In this document: positions 48,218 to 57,707 of the stretch, one piece after another
Layout: every line of letters begins with the position of its first letter
Numbering within the stretch: the stretch's first letter is position 1
Assembly (NCBI GenBank): GCA_963693025.1
Contig: OY843749.1
Span: 2,381,615 to 2,445,614 of the forward strand
From: Arenicellales bacterium
Lineage (GTDB): Bacteria > Pseudomonadota > Gammaproteobacteria > Arenicellales > Poriferihabitantaceae
Reading direction: 5' to 3'
DNA length: 64,000 nt
Translations under genes and position numbers: made by a program
Notes under the pieces: model-generated
What the model was told of the DNA's origin: nothing
The model's database searches: none
What the model saw: only the letters and a program-made list of their open reading frames with translations

Positions 48218-49838
48218 CAGCCCGTGTAAAAACTCGTCCCATTCGGGTAAAATTCTTTGACTTTGATTTTCATATGGGGGGATTCGGGGATGGGTCATGT
48301 TGAAGGGGTATCGCGTCATCAGTCGGCGTTGTTTGCGGTGACGCTGGATGAGCGTGTGGCGGCGGATAATGCGGTGCGAGTGATTGACCGGTTTGTGGAT
48401 AAGTTGGATTTGTTAGAGTTGGGTTTTGGCAAGGTGGTGGCGGCGGCGACCGGTCGTCCGCCGTATCATCCGGGGATGATGTTGAAGTTGTTTGTGTATG
48501 GTTATTTGAATCAGATTCGGTCGAGTCGGCGTTTGGAGAGGGAGTGTGGTCGCAATCAGGAGTTGCAGTGGTTGTTGCGAGATTTGCGTCCGGACTTCAA
48601 GACGATTGCGAACTTTCGTCGGGACAATGCGGCGGCGTGGTCGGGGGTGTGCGCGCGGTTTGTGGATTTTTGTCGTCGGGCGGGGTTGTATGGCGGCGAG
48701 TTGGTGGCGGTGGATGGTTCCAAGTTTGGCGCGGTGTCGGGCAAGAAGTCGGTTTATACGGCGGCGCGGATACGGCGTGAGATGGCGCAAGTGGAGCGCG
48801 AAGTGGCGGCGTATAGAGAGTTGTTGGAAGCGTCGGATGCGTCGGATGCGCCGGTGGATGAAGTGGCGGAAGTGTCGGCGGTGCGCGCGGCGTTGGCGGC
48901 GTTGGATGCGCATAAGGGCAAGTTGGATGGGTTGTCGGCGGAGTTGCGCGGTCGCGGTGGTGCTCAGGTGGTGAAGGGCGAGGGAGATGCGCGGCTGATG
49001 CGTCAAGCGGGCGGCGGTCGAGCGGTGAGTTACAATGTGCAGACGGCGGTGGATGGCAAGCACAAGTTGATTGCGGCGCATGAAGTGACCACTGAGAGCA
49101 ACGACCGTCGGCAGTTGTATGGCATGGCGAAGCGAGCGAAGGCGGCTTTGGGGGTGAAGGGATTGACGGTGTTGGCGGATGCGGGATATCAGAATGGCGC
49201 GCAGGGTGCGGCGTGTGAGGCGGCGGGTATAACGGCGGTGGTGCCGCGCGCGAAGTTGTCGCATCCGCGCGGTGATTATTTCAGCCGCGCGCGGTTTAGA
49301 TATGATGGTCGGCGCGATGTTTATACTTGTCCGGCTGGCGAGGTGTTGCGGCGTTATCGCAACGAGGCGAAGAAGCAGACGCGGCATTACACGACTGATG
49401 CTTGCGGTGGTTGCGGTATGCGAAGTCAGTGCACTGGCAGTCGGCGGCGCAGCATCAGTCGTCCTTATCATGAGTCGGTGGTGGAGCGCATGCACCGGCG
49501 GTCGGTGGCGCATCCGGAGTTGATGCGTTTGCGGGCGAGTTTGAGCGAGCATCCGTTCGGCAACATCAAACAGATGATGGGTGGCGGTCGGTTTCTGCTG
49601 CGTGGTTTGGATAAAGTCAAGGCGGAAGCGGGTATGTGTATGCTGGCGTATAACCTGAAACGGGTCATCAACCTCATGGGCGTTGAGACGCTGTGCGCGA
49701 GATTGGCGGAGCCCTCCCCGGCGCCGGCTTGAGCGGCGTTTTTTAAGCAAGAACATCCCCGCCCGGCGCGAGCATCGCTAAAACAACAAACCGCGCCAGA
49801 CGATTGGCTTGCGGCGGCTTGAGTTTTTGCACGGGCTG
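48218..49838 (+). mobile_element. IS1182-family (IS5-like) insertion sequence (about 1.62 kb)
   Basis: 18-bp terminal inverted repeats with one mismatch: CAGCCCGTGTAAAAACTC (48218-48235) versus GAGTTTTTGCACGGGCTG (49821-49838). A single transposase ORF. Flanks are the two halves of a family repeat element. The target duplication is not cleanly resolvable (possibly GCGA). Confidence 0.8.
48290..49732 (+). CDS. IS1182-family transposase
   Basis: MGHVEGVSRHQSALF...LDE.V..DN.VRVID.FVD.LDL..LGF......TGRPPYHP..MLKL.VYGY.N.IRSSRRLE.EC..N.ELQWL is the typical IS5/IS1182 N-terminus. The C-terminal DDE region ends FG.IK...G...F..RGL.KV..E......AYNLKR. Confidence 0.85.
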   Translation: MGHVEGVSRHQSALFAVTLDERVAADNAVRVIDRFVDKLDLLELGFGKVVAAATGRPPYHPGMMLKLFVYGYLNQIRSSRRLERECGRNQELQWLLRDLRPDFKTIANFRRDNAAAWSGVCARFVDFCRRAGLYGGELVAVDGSKFGAVSGKKSVYTAARIRREMAQVEREVAAYRELLEASDASDAPVDEVAEVSAVRAALAALDAHKGKLDGLSAELRGRGGAQVVKGEGDARLMRQAGGGRAVSYNVQTAVDGKHKLIAAHEVTTESNDRRQLYGMAKRAKAALGVKGLTVLADAGYQNGAQGAACEAAGITAVVPRAKLSHPRGDYFSRARFRYDGRRDVYTCPAGEVLRRYRNEAKKQTRHYTTDACGGCGMRSQCTGSRRRSISRPYHESVVERMHRRSVAHPELMRLRASLSEHPFGNIKQMMGGGRFLLRGLDKVKAEAGMCMLAYNLKRVINLMGVETLCARLAEPSPAPA

Positions 49839-50043
49839 GGTAGCGACTATATTTTTCATCGCCTTCGGGAATCTCCCTAAGGCTACCGTGAATTCCAACA
49901 AAGCCCGTGCCAGTCTTAGGGAGATTCCCGAGGACGCAAGTGTCCGTAAGCCGCCGCTTAAAAGAAAAAGCGCGGCGGCAACGGACACTAACGCTCGAGA
50001 ATGACGAAGTGGTGGGAATGACGAGTAGTAGTTCGTCATTCCC
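49839..50043. repeat. GTCATTCTCGA-family repeat, locus 8 (body and terminus; left border of the 13.3 kb island)
   Basis: ..TAGCGACTATATTTTTCATCGCCTTCGGGAATCTCCCTAAGG...CGCTCGAGAATGACGAAG, then the palindrome GGGAATGACGAGTAGTAGTTCGTCATTCCC. Confidence 0.9.
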
Positions 50044-50101
50044 GCAGAGCCTGCCCCCGCAGTGTGTTAGCGGGGGACGCGAGAATCCAGCCGCCGATGC
50101 A

Positions 50102-53053
50102 CTATTCAGTATCTGGCGCAAAAATTGATTCAGGGTTGCTTATCCAGTAGCGCTGGTAAGCCTGCGCGGGCTGTCCGCTCGGGTTGTAGAAGAGCAGGTT
50201 CACGGAAACCCGCCAATCCGGGCGGTGTTTGAAAAAACGGGATTTGCCACTCTGCGTGAACAGAGTTTTATAGCCGTCGATTTTACGATATGCCGTGGCA
50301 TATTCGGTTCCCTTCGGGTCGACAAACACGATTCGATATTCATTCTTTCGGCACATCCAGAACACAAAATCGGGCTTGAAGCGACGGTAGTCGTTCACTG
50401 AGTCATCGAAGTAAGGGATATGAATCCGGTCCAGGGATTCATCGAGTTTGCTGAACATCCATGCATCCCAGGGAATGTCCTCTTTATCGACCCACGCTTC
50501 CAGCGCATTCACGAAACGTACCTCGCTTTCAACCTTGATGATGTGCTGTATGTAATTCGCTTTTTCATTTCCCAGCGCCACCGGCAGGTAGTAATGCCCG
50601 ATGAGTTTTTTGATGAGCAGGTCGTTGAACGTCTCGGTGGTTTGCCCCGCAACTTTCCGGTCGAAATTTTCCCGCGTGATTTCTTCGCTCGCAAGTTGCA
50701 CTGCCAGGTCGCCTATCTCTTGATTAGACGCTCTGCCTTGCTTGACGTTTTCAATTTTCTTTTGCAGTTCGCGGACATGCTCAGGGAAAGCGCGAATCTG
50801 TTGGAAGTGGACGATATCTTCATCGTTAATTTCCCGCACGCTGTCCGATACTTTCGCGGTCTTGGAAAGATGCGACATCAGCCGGCTCTGCAAAAACGGC
50901 AAGCGCGCATAATGCTTGCCGGACTCAACCGTCAGGTTTGCCGGTTGCGCAGCCATCTCGTGCAATTCGGCAATCTGCGGCGGAGCCAGCCCATCGCGCA
51001 CCGCCAGCACCGCATCGGATGTTCTCGCAAGCCATTCCTCAAACCGCAGTTTCGTCTCGGCGCTCAGTGAAAACGGCAGCCTCGAAGCCGTTTTGGGCGC
51101 ATCCCGGTATTCGGGTATCAGCAACGGCATCTCACGCCCGTGGATTTTGGGTATCGGCGCTTTCTGGAAACCTTCCAGCGATTCAAACGCGGCGGTCCTC
51201 TCGGTTTCCAACCCTTCCAGCACGGACTTGACGGCTTTGCGATTGGTGGCGAAGAGGAATAGCGTCTCTACCGGTTGCACGCCGTCACGAATGGTGTCCA
51301 CCGCCTTTTTTTCTTCGCCTTCCAACACGAGGCGGCTGCAACGGCAACGTTGATTTGGCAACGGCTCTATGCGCACGCCGCGGCCAACCGATTGCACGAC
51401 AAATTTCTTTGCGTCACTCCCGCCGATGTTGATGAAATTGATAACATTCGGGCGGTTTGAATCCCAACTCTCGAAAAATGAACGGGAGCCCATCAGAATG
51501 GTGATTGCGCTTTTCTCCAACCCGTCAAAAAACGACTTCTCTTGCAGCGTGGTTGTTTCCTCATACCCGACCAGCAGTTTATTGCGCCACTTGGCGGTGT
51601 CGCCGATGCGTATCAGGGCAAACGGCGAGTCGGCATTTCTCAGTTGAAACGCCAGTTCTTTGTTATCGCCGCTGCGAATAATCTGCAACGCGCCCTTCCT
51701 GCGGCTGAGAAAAACCGCTTCACGCAAATCGGCGACCTTGAGGGTCTTAATGAAATTCTCACCGACGCCGGTAACGCCCCCGCTATGTCCTCCGAAAAGC
51801 GGTTGTGCGTTTTCCCAGTCGGTAATCAGTTCGTCCTTTGAGTCGCGGAAAAGCGCCTCGTCAATCTCGCCCGTGGCAATCTCGCGCAAGATTTGGAAAA
51901 ACGCCCATAAATCATTTTGTGCATTTTCAATATCGGTATTCACGGAGTTGACCAACGTCAGCATCAGCGGCAGGTGATAGAGTTGCGCCAACCCGGTATC
52001 GCGGCGAAGTTCTTTAACCCGCATGGAGACATACCCCAGCGTGAGCAGCGACTTCAACACGATTTTCCGCCGCTCGGAATAGTTTATCTCCTCCCCCTTG
52101 CGCTTAAACGCTTCGTATTCTTTTTCATTCAGGTAGATATTTTTTCCGCGCCCGTTTTTTATAAACTCTTCCAGATTGTATTTTTTGACGGTCGTAACAA
52201 TGTCCTCTTTGTCCGTGAAAGTGGCGGAGAAATTAAACAAAAAACCCTCGCGCGCCATAATCGCGTAATACGCCTGCCGCTTGGAATCCTCCTTGCCGCC
52301 CTTGTGCGCCTCGTCCAAAAGAATGAACCACTTCCCGCCGTTTTCATACATGCGGTAATCAGTCAACGCATCTTTCTGCACATCGGAAATGTTGTCGCTG
52401 CGGTGGTAATACACGGTAACCGCCTCGCCAAGCCGCGCCTGCCGACCGCGGTGCATCTCCCGAAGCGGAACAAGATCAATCAACAACCCGGACTGATTGA
52501 ATTCGTCAACCGTGCGCCGTATCTGCCCAATCAAATGCTCGCTCGGCGCAAGAATCAACATGTTATGCGGCGGTATTTCGTTGTGCCGTTGCAAGCAATG
52601 CAGATACTCAATCAGTTTGACCATCACAAGCGTCTTGCCGCTTCCCGTCGCCATCCAAAAACACATGCGGTTGATGAGGTTATGGTATGAAATCAAATCG
52701 CCCCACGGCCTGATGAAGTCTGACAGGATGCGAAATACCTGACTCTCATTCCGGTTCCTTTCATCCGCCCGGCTTTCGTATTTTTTCAAATAGGAAACAG
52801 GAAAATCCCGATACAAATCCGCAAAATCTTTCTTGCGCTCCGCGTTTGTTTCCAATGACTCGCCGGCAGCCCAGTCATGCGTTTTCCCATAATAAAGAAA
52901 CAACGCCCGCGCGGCTTTTTGCAAGGCGTCCGTTTGATAGTCGTATAACGTCTTTTCAACGGAAAACCGACCCGCATCAGGCACCCGCCATGTTTCGGGC
53001 AGGTCGTCGTAGTTTAGGAGTTGGGTTAGGGGTTCAAGGGCGGGAGCGGTCAC
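50102..53053 (-). CDS. SF2 (DEAD/DEAH, Type III Res-like) helicase fused to a C-terminal PD-(D/E)xK nuclease
   Basis: Motif I WMATGSGKT, II ILLDEAHKG, III FSATF, VI QSVGRGVRI. C-terminal RRFKPDFVFW...YRIVFVDPKGTEY fits PD...(D/E)xK. 983 aa, similar in size and layout to Type III Res subunits. The GTG start overlaps the upstream stop (GTGA). Confidence 0.85.
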   Translation of the reverse strand: MTAPALEPLTQLLNYDDLPETWRVPDAGRFSVEKTLYDYQTDALQKAARALFLYYGKTHDWAAGESLETNAERKKDFADLYRDFPVSYLKKYESRADERNRNESQVFRILSDFIRPWGDLISYHNLINRMCFWMATGSGKTLVMVKLIEYLHCLQRHNEIPPHNMLILAPSEHLIGQIRRTVDEFNQSGLLIDLVPLREMHRGRQARLGEAVTVYYHRSDNISDVQKDALTDYRMYENGGKWFILLDEAHKGGKEDSKRQAYYAIMAREGFLFNFSATFTDKEDIVTTVKKYNLEEFIKNGRGKNIYLNEKEYEAFKRKGEEINYSERRKIVLKSLLTLGYVSMRVKELRRDTGLAQLYHLPLMLTLVNSVNTDIENAQNDLWAFFQILREIATGEIDEALFRDSKDELITDWENAQPLFGGHSGGVTGVGENFIKTLKVADLREAVFLSRRKGALQIIRSGDNKELAFQLRNADSPFALIRIGDTAKWRNKLLVGYEETTTLQEKSFFDGLEKSAITILMGSRSFFESWDSNRPNVINFINIGGSDAKKFVVQSVGRGVRIEPLPNQRCRCSRLVLEGEEKKAVDTIRDGVQPVETLFLFATNRKAVKSVLEGLETERTAAFESLEGFQKAPIPKIHGREMPLLIPEYRDAPKTASRLPFSLSAETKLRFEEWLARTSDAVLAVRDGLAPPQIAELHEMAAQPANLTVESGKHYARLPFLQSRLMSHLSKTAKVSDSVREINDEDIVHFQQIRAFPEHVRELQKKIENVKQGRASNQEIGDLAVQLASEEITRENFDRKVAGQTTETFNDLLIKKLIGHYYLPVALGNEKANYIQHIIKVESEVRFVNALEAWVDKEDIPWDAWMFSKLDESLDRIHIPYFDDSVNDYRRFKPDFVFWMCRKNEYRIVFVDPKGTEYATAYRKIDGYKTLFTQSGKSRFFKHRPDWRVSVNLLFYNPSGQPAQAYQRYWISNPESIFAPDTE
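52862..53047. repeat. Repeat B, copy 1 (helicase 5' end), homologous to 58574-58757
   Basis: The encoded 63 aa (..LEPLTQ.LNY.DLPETWRVP...RFSVEKTLYDYQTDALQKAARALFLYYG.THDW..G) are about 80% identical between copies. One 3-nt indel lies near the start codon. Boundaries approximate. Confidence 0.8.
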
Positions 53054-54243
53054 TTTTTCGTATCCATATCTATGGCTTCTTCGGGTATTCGGGGGAGTCC
53101 TTGGCGCTGAAGAAAAAATGCGTAGCGCTGTTGAATCCTGGTTATATATGGGTGAATAAGACGTCCAACACGTTTATTTTTCAACTCGCTAAATGGCTTT
53201 TTTATTAAATTCCGGTGATCAAATTCAATGGTCTCTCCACCGTTAACTCCGAATACGATAGATTGCCATACTCTCTCGTTAAAATGGCCCATGTTATAAA
53301 GATCCTTAACCTTGTTATTTCCCAAAGGCTTTCCTTTCAGACAAAACAATTCAATACTATCAACAGTTTTATTCTTTCCCCTTGGTAAGCAATCACAGTC
53401 CGCACGAATGTTAATTAAATATTCTTTTTCGCACTTAAATAAATCTCCACTCCTTATATCACTATCTGGTAAGTCTTTTATGAAACTTGCACCCTCCAAA
53501 ACAGATTTAATATCTTCACTGCCTATTGCGTATGGTCGTTTGCTCAACACTCTATCTGCAAAAATATCAGTTTCCATGCGTGCTAATATATTATTATTTA
53601 TAAGATTAACCATAGATGAACTTGGGTCTGCGCCATCCTTTTTGTAAGACGACCAGAACACTTTGGGCCAACTGGGGCTCTTCTCATACATTGAACTAAA
53701 AAGGTTTCTTTTTGCTTCATAAAATGCCTGTTCCCAAGCTTTCAAGGTGTAAACAGAAGCATTTTTATTTATCCAGTTATTGATAAGACCGAAAAGGTCT
53801 CCCTCTCCCTCTGTGAGATCAGACTTTCGTTCAATAAATATGAAATTTTTCCCTACATGCTCCTTATCATAAAGACCATGTGGACAGATTTCATCCTTTA
53901 TGTCTTCGGGGTCTTCATTCGTAAAAATGAAAACAGGAATAAAGTGACTCTTTGCCCTTATCAGAAAATCGATATTATCCTGGATACCCTTGCTCTCCAG
54001 TTCCGATGAATCATCAGACCACAACTTCCAATCTAACAACACAAAACTTGCCGAGCGTAGTAAATTGTTACAAGTCAGATCTGATGGAATTTCATTCTCT
54101 ATGTATAAAGGTATTTCTTGATCTTTGATTTTCTCTACTATCTTACCGATCTTATCGCTCTTCGCTGTGCCATTTTTCTCCAAAGAATCATCAATCACAA
54201 CTGCAATTCCTGACATGAGTTTTTTAAGTTCATCATTGTTCAT
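53050..54243 (-). CDS. Receiver (CheY-like REC) domain protein with uncharacterised ~250-aa C-terminal domain
   Basis: The N-terminal ~130 aa show the receiver pattern: beta1 IAVVIDD (acidic pair), beta3 FVLLD71WKL (phospho-acceptor position, GAT at 54031-54033), beta4 IPVFIFT, then a later Lys. The C-terminal domain has no motif I can name. Very AT-rich. Confidence 0.65.
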   Translation of the reverse strand: MNNDELKKLMSGIAVVIDDSLEKNGTAKSDKIGKIVEKIKDQEIPLYIENEIPSDLTCNNLLRSASFVLLDWKLWSDDSSELESKGIQDNIDFLIRAKSHFIPVFIFTNEDPEDIKDEICPHGLYDKEHVGKNFIFIERKSDLTEGEGDLFGLINNWINKNASVYTLKAWEQAFYEAKRNLFSSMYEKSPSWPKVFWSSYKKDGADPSSSMVNLINNNILARMETDIFADRVLSKRPYAIGSEDIKSVLEGASFIKDLPDSDIRSGDLFKCEKEYLINIRADCDCLPRGKNKTVDSIELFCLKGKPLGNNKVKDLYNMGHFNERVWQSIVFGVNGGETIEFDHRNLIKKPFSELKNKRVGRLIHPYITRIQQRYAFFLQRQGLPRIPEEAIDMDTKK

Positions 54244-56463
54244 TTAATTTTCCTCGCGAAAAAAATTTACCGAAAAATTAGCTCCAGTTAGCACCTTGTC
54301 TTTTTCCCGTTCAACAACAGAAATAGAATAGTCATGCCTCTCAAGCAACTGTTTTGCTATGTATAATCCCAATCCTCTGCCTTCCTGCCCCTTCCCTGAA
54401 TAAAATGGCTCAAAGATGTAAGGTAAATCTTCTTTGTCTATACCCGGACCGTTGTCAGAAAAAATTAATTCTCCTTTTTCACCATTCACTATAACCTTTA
54501 TCTCTTTTTGTTCCCTGTTAACGGTATTGAGCCAGTATGCGGAATTGTCGAAAAGGTTTATCAACACCTGCATGACAACCCCATCGTTTGTGTCCGCTAC
54601 CAATGGGGAACCAGGAAGCACTTCTTTCTCGTAATGAATTCCTCTTTTTTCAAGTAAACTTTTATAAAGGTCATAGATTTTATCCAGTATTGATTCAATT
54701 CTGATGCTTTTTCTCCGTCTCTTGGCTGATTTGAAAAGACTCTGAACATCTTGCATCCCATCGCTGATTTGAGTCAAAATTCCCACCAGAATAGTTGCTT
54801 GTTCTTGTATTTCATCATCGCCACAATTTCTTGCCAGCTTTGCTATTTTTTTTGCTGTCTCCTGAGCTCTATCCATCATAAGCATAATGTCATGTGATGT
54901 CATTTCCACAGACAAGCCAACGCCCGCCAAATCTTCCGTTACCTCGGCACGATAAACAAGATGATCTAATTCCTTTTTGTATTCCTTTTCTATTTTTGCA
55001 GCCTGACGGGCTTCCGGCTTATATCCTTTCTTCACAAGATTGCTTTTCAGGTCAGCCAAATGATTTGTAACAGCCTTTCCACGCACCATCTCAGCAACAT
55101 TTTTATCTCTTTTTCTCTGCTCATATTGTGCATATGAATGTTGCTTGATATAAGATAAGAATGCCTGCACTAGAAAAATTAAATCTCTGGTGGCATCTCC
55201 TTTTTCTATAAGCCCCTCCCTGTTAGTTTTATCTCTCAGGTCGGGGTTATCTTTCTGGGAAATATCAATCCAACCGATTATCTGATCATTACTGAAAGAA
55301 TCTCCTGCTCTTCCAGTCCCCCGTGTTACATCTATTCCCAACCAGTCATCATCTGGATCACCGTAGGGATAAACTCTCACATCATCTCTGTAAAGATAAA
55401 TCCTATGACCCTTTAGTATATTTTTTTGTTGCTGTGTGAGTTCATACTTCCCTGGTATGCCACGTGAAAAATCAAAAATATTAAAATGGAATTTGAAATC
55501 ACCACATTGATAGTTTTTTGGATCCTTATCTGCACCATCTTCTCGTCCGAAACGTTTTCTCCATATCCATAAGCCTTTTATCTTTGGGCTATTTACAGAT
55601 ATTTTTACTTCATCACTCTCGTCTTCACTCTGTGTGAAAATGTAGAGATTTTCATTGGAGTCAAAATTTCCGCTTATTCTTAATACCGATTTGTTCTCCA
55701 TCAACCCTCTTAAATCTTCTATGCTGTCATCCTCCACAGGTTGAAGTTCTCCATTAAAAATAACAGATACTTTAAAATTGTCAGCAGGTTTCCGGCCAAC
55801 CATTTTTGAAACAGGATCTGTTAAGTTGGAAATATCTTTACACAATCTTCTTATGACATCCGCGTTCCATATATCCATATTTTTCAATTTTTGTATTTTT
55901 ATAATCGTTCCTTGATGTTCTTTTATAGAATTAGGTGCAGTAACTTCTGAGTAATCTATTTTAATTTCATCTAAGAAAATCTCCCTTTCTTCCTTGCCTT
56001 CTAAAGTAAAATCATCATCAAATCTTGTAAAATCATACTCGAGTACTGATTCAAATTCTGAACTTGAGGTCTTGGTAGATACGGTTACCTTTTTTCCTAA
56101 TTTGAGAACGGCAAAGCGACCAATACCCTTTTCACCCTGTATAACTCTTTCATTTTTTGGGGTGTTTATTTTTCCTGCTTGCTTTTTGTTATATTTCTGC
56201 GGTGTGGCAGGATTCATCCAAGCATTCCGTATATCATCAGGGGTCATTCCGCATCCGTTGTCTTCTACCACAATGCTGGATTCTTCGTTTGCAGACATAT
56301 CCTCATTGAAATTTTCAAAGCGCACATTAACCCAATCGGCATCCGCATCGTAGGAATTTTTAATAATTTCCACAAGAGCGATTTGCTCATTCTTAATGAG
56401 CTGGTCCCCCAGCATTGCCAAGAGCCTAGCGTAAGGACGTATAGATAATTTTTCTTGTATCAT
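54244..56463 (-). CDS. Dual-GHKL protein: N-terminal MORC/Hsp90-like ATPase domain plus C-terminal histidine-kinase core (H-box and HATPase_c)
   Basis: N-terminal Bergerat motifs VEIIKNSYDADA (ExxxNxxD), VVEDNGCGM (DxGxG) and GEKGIGRFA. C-terminal H-box-like VEMTSH524DIMLMM (CAT at 54892-54894), N box VLINLFDNSAYW, G1 SDNGPGI, F box IFEPFY, G2 GRGLGLYIAK. Confidence 0.75.
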   Translation of the reverse strand: MIQEKLSIRPYARLLAMLGDQLIKNEQIALVEIIKNSYDADADWVNVRFENFNEDMSANEESSIVVEDNGCGMTPDDIRNAWMNPATPQKYNKKQAGKINTPKNERVIQGEKGIGRFAVLKLGKKVTVSTKTSSSEFESVLEYDFTRFDDDFTLEGKEEREIFLDEIKIDYSEVTAPNSIKEHQGTIIKIQKLKNMDIWNADVIRRLCKDISNLTDPVSKMVGRKPADNFKVSVIFNGELQPVEDDSIEDLRGLMENKSVLRISGNFDSNENLYIFTQSEDESDEVKISVNSPKIKGLWIWRKRFGREDGADKDPKNYQCGDFKFHFNIFDFSRGIPGKYELTQQQKNILKGHRIYLYRDDVRVYPYGDPDDDWLGIDVTRGTGRAGDSFSNDQIIGWIDISQKDNPDLRDKTNREGLIEKGDATRDLIFLVQAFLSYIKQHSYAQYEQRKRDKNVAEMVRGKAVTNHLADLKSNLVKKGYKPEARQAAKIEKEYKKELDHLVYRAEVTEDLAGVGLSVEMTSHDIMLMMDRAQETAKKIAKLARNCGDDEIQEQATILVGILTQISDGMQDVQSLFKSAKRRRKSIRIESILDKIYDLYKSLLEKRGIHYEKEVLPGSPLVADTNDGVVMQVLINLFDNSAYWLNTVNREQKEIKVIVNGEKGELIFSDNGPGIDKEDLPYIFEPFYSGKGQEGRGLGLYIAKQLLERHDYSISVVEREKDKVLTGANFSVNFFREEN

Positions 56464-57707
56464 AGTTTTCTGCCTATAACTACAGTTTCGCTTTTGTAAA
56501 CGTCTTTTTTCCCAGTGCTTCTGGTAAAACGTCCTTTCGAATCCCTATAGGGTGTTAGTATTTTCGATGAAATTTGACGAGGAATTGTATTAATTTTCCG
56601 AAATCCAACACTCTCCATACATTTCCTCAGAAAAAGTGAGTTTTCGATTTTTACACCTCTGTAGTTAGTGTCGCCTATTACGAACACGACCATTCCTTTT
56701 TTGTTTACAATTTTATAGCATTTTTCTACAGCCCTGCTAATATCTATGAAGTATTTTACGGTGGAAGCTGCTTTGGCTTTATGTTTTTTCAAAAGATTTG
56801 CATAAATTCTTTGCCCGATATCAGGCAAAGAAGATATATCCTTTGTAGATGGACTTTTTATTCCATACATATTTCCCACCATATTTTTCCTTAAATCACG
56901 GTGGTCAAAGCAAAATTCAAACCACAGTGTCGACAATTGATGTATATCTGCATAGTCATATGATGTTACGTATGGCGGACTTGTAACAATCAGATCCGCT
57001 CTATGTTTTTTCTCACTCATAGAAAGGAAATTTTTCTTCATCACCTTAATGCTTGACCTGTTTGGCTTAGGAAAAACATTTTCCTTGTTTGCTCTTCTCA
57101 TAAAGTCAACTTGTTTTCTAAATGCTTCCATAACATCACTCGGGCATTTATTGGGGTCAATTTGAGGTTTGATTGACTTCGTCAACCAATTGGATGTTGG
57201 TTTTAATATGTTGGAAAAAGCGCAAAGAAAGAATTTTTGATACGGACTATGTTTGGAAATTTCCAACATAATTGATTTCTTTAGTTTCAATAAATCCTTC
57301 ATATTGTCTTCATCAAACCAGTACTGGATTCTCTCATGAATGTTAGTGATATCTTTCTTCTTTATTTTTATTGAGTCGAATCTCCTTTCTATAGCCGAGA
57401 AATATGTTTCCAATATAGCATCCTTATATTGTTTAGTTTTAACTTGTGCAATTAGCGTAGCAACGGGATTTATATCACATCCCCAAAAATTTTTCCCTTT
57501 CCTTTTTGCCTCTACAGCAGTAGTGCCACAGCCACAAAATACATCTGCAACAGTATTGACATCTATGCCGTTTTTTTCGGCATATTCAAAAGCTTTCGTA
57601 GTTATAAATCCAGGGAATTTCGCCGGATAGCTATGAATTTTATGTATGAGACTCTCTTTTTCCGATCCAAAATTCCATGAATCTCGCGGGGAATTTGACT
57701 GGCTCAT
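56460..57707 (-). CDS. DNA methyltransferase (N6-adenine or N4-cytosine; motif I before motif IV)
   Basis: IHSYPAKFP, SAM-binding VADVFCGCGTTAVEA and catalytic LIVTSPPYVTSYDY (SPPY). The ATG at 57707 overlaps the upstream stop by 1 nt, and the gene's own stop overlaps the next ATG (ATGA at 56460-56463). Confidence 0.8.
   Translation of the reverse strand: MSQSNSPRDSWNFGSEKESLIHKIHSYPAKFPGFITTKAFEYAEKNGIDVNTVADVFCGCGTTAVEAKRKGKNFWGCDINPVATLIAQVKTKQYKDAILETYFSAIERRFDSIKIKKKDITNIHERIQYWFDEDNMKDLLKLKKSIMLEISKHSPYQKFFLCAFSNILKPTSNWLTKSIKPQIDPNKCPSDVMEAFRKQVDFMRRANKENVFPKPNRSSIKVMKKNFLSMSEKKHRADLIVTSPPYVTSYDYADIHQLSTLWFEFCFDHRDLRKNMVGNMYGIKSPSTKDISSLPDIGQRIYANLLKKHKAKAASTVKYFIDISRAVEKCYKIVNKKGMVVFVIGDTNYRGVKIENSLFLRKCMESVGFRKINTIPRQISSKILTPYRDSKGRFTRSTGKKDVYKSETVVIGRKL

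Noticed and set aside
50054-50076. Intrinsic terminator after the helicase-nuclease gene.
   Set aside because: A 7-bp GC stem (CCCCCGC/GCGGGGG, 9-nt loop) is present. However, no U-run follows on the transcribed (minus) strand, so it is not called as a rho-independent terminator.
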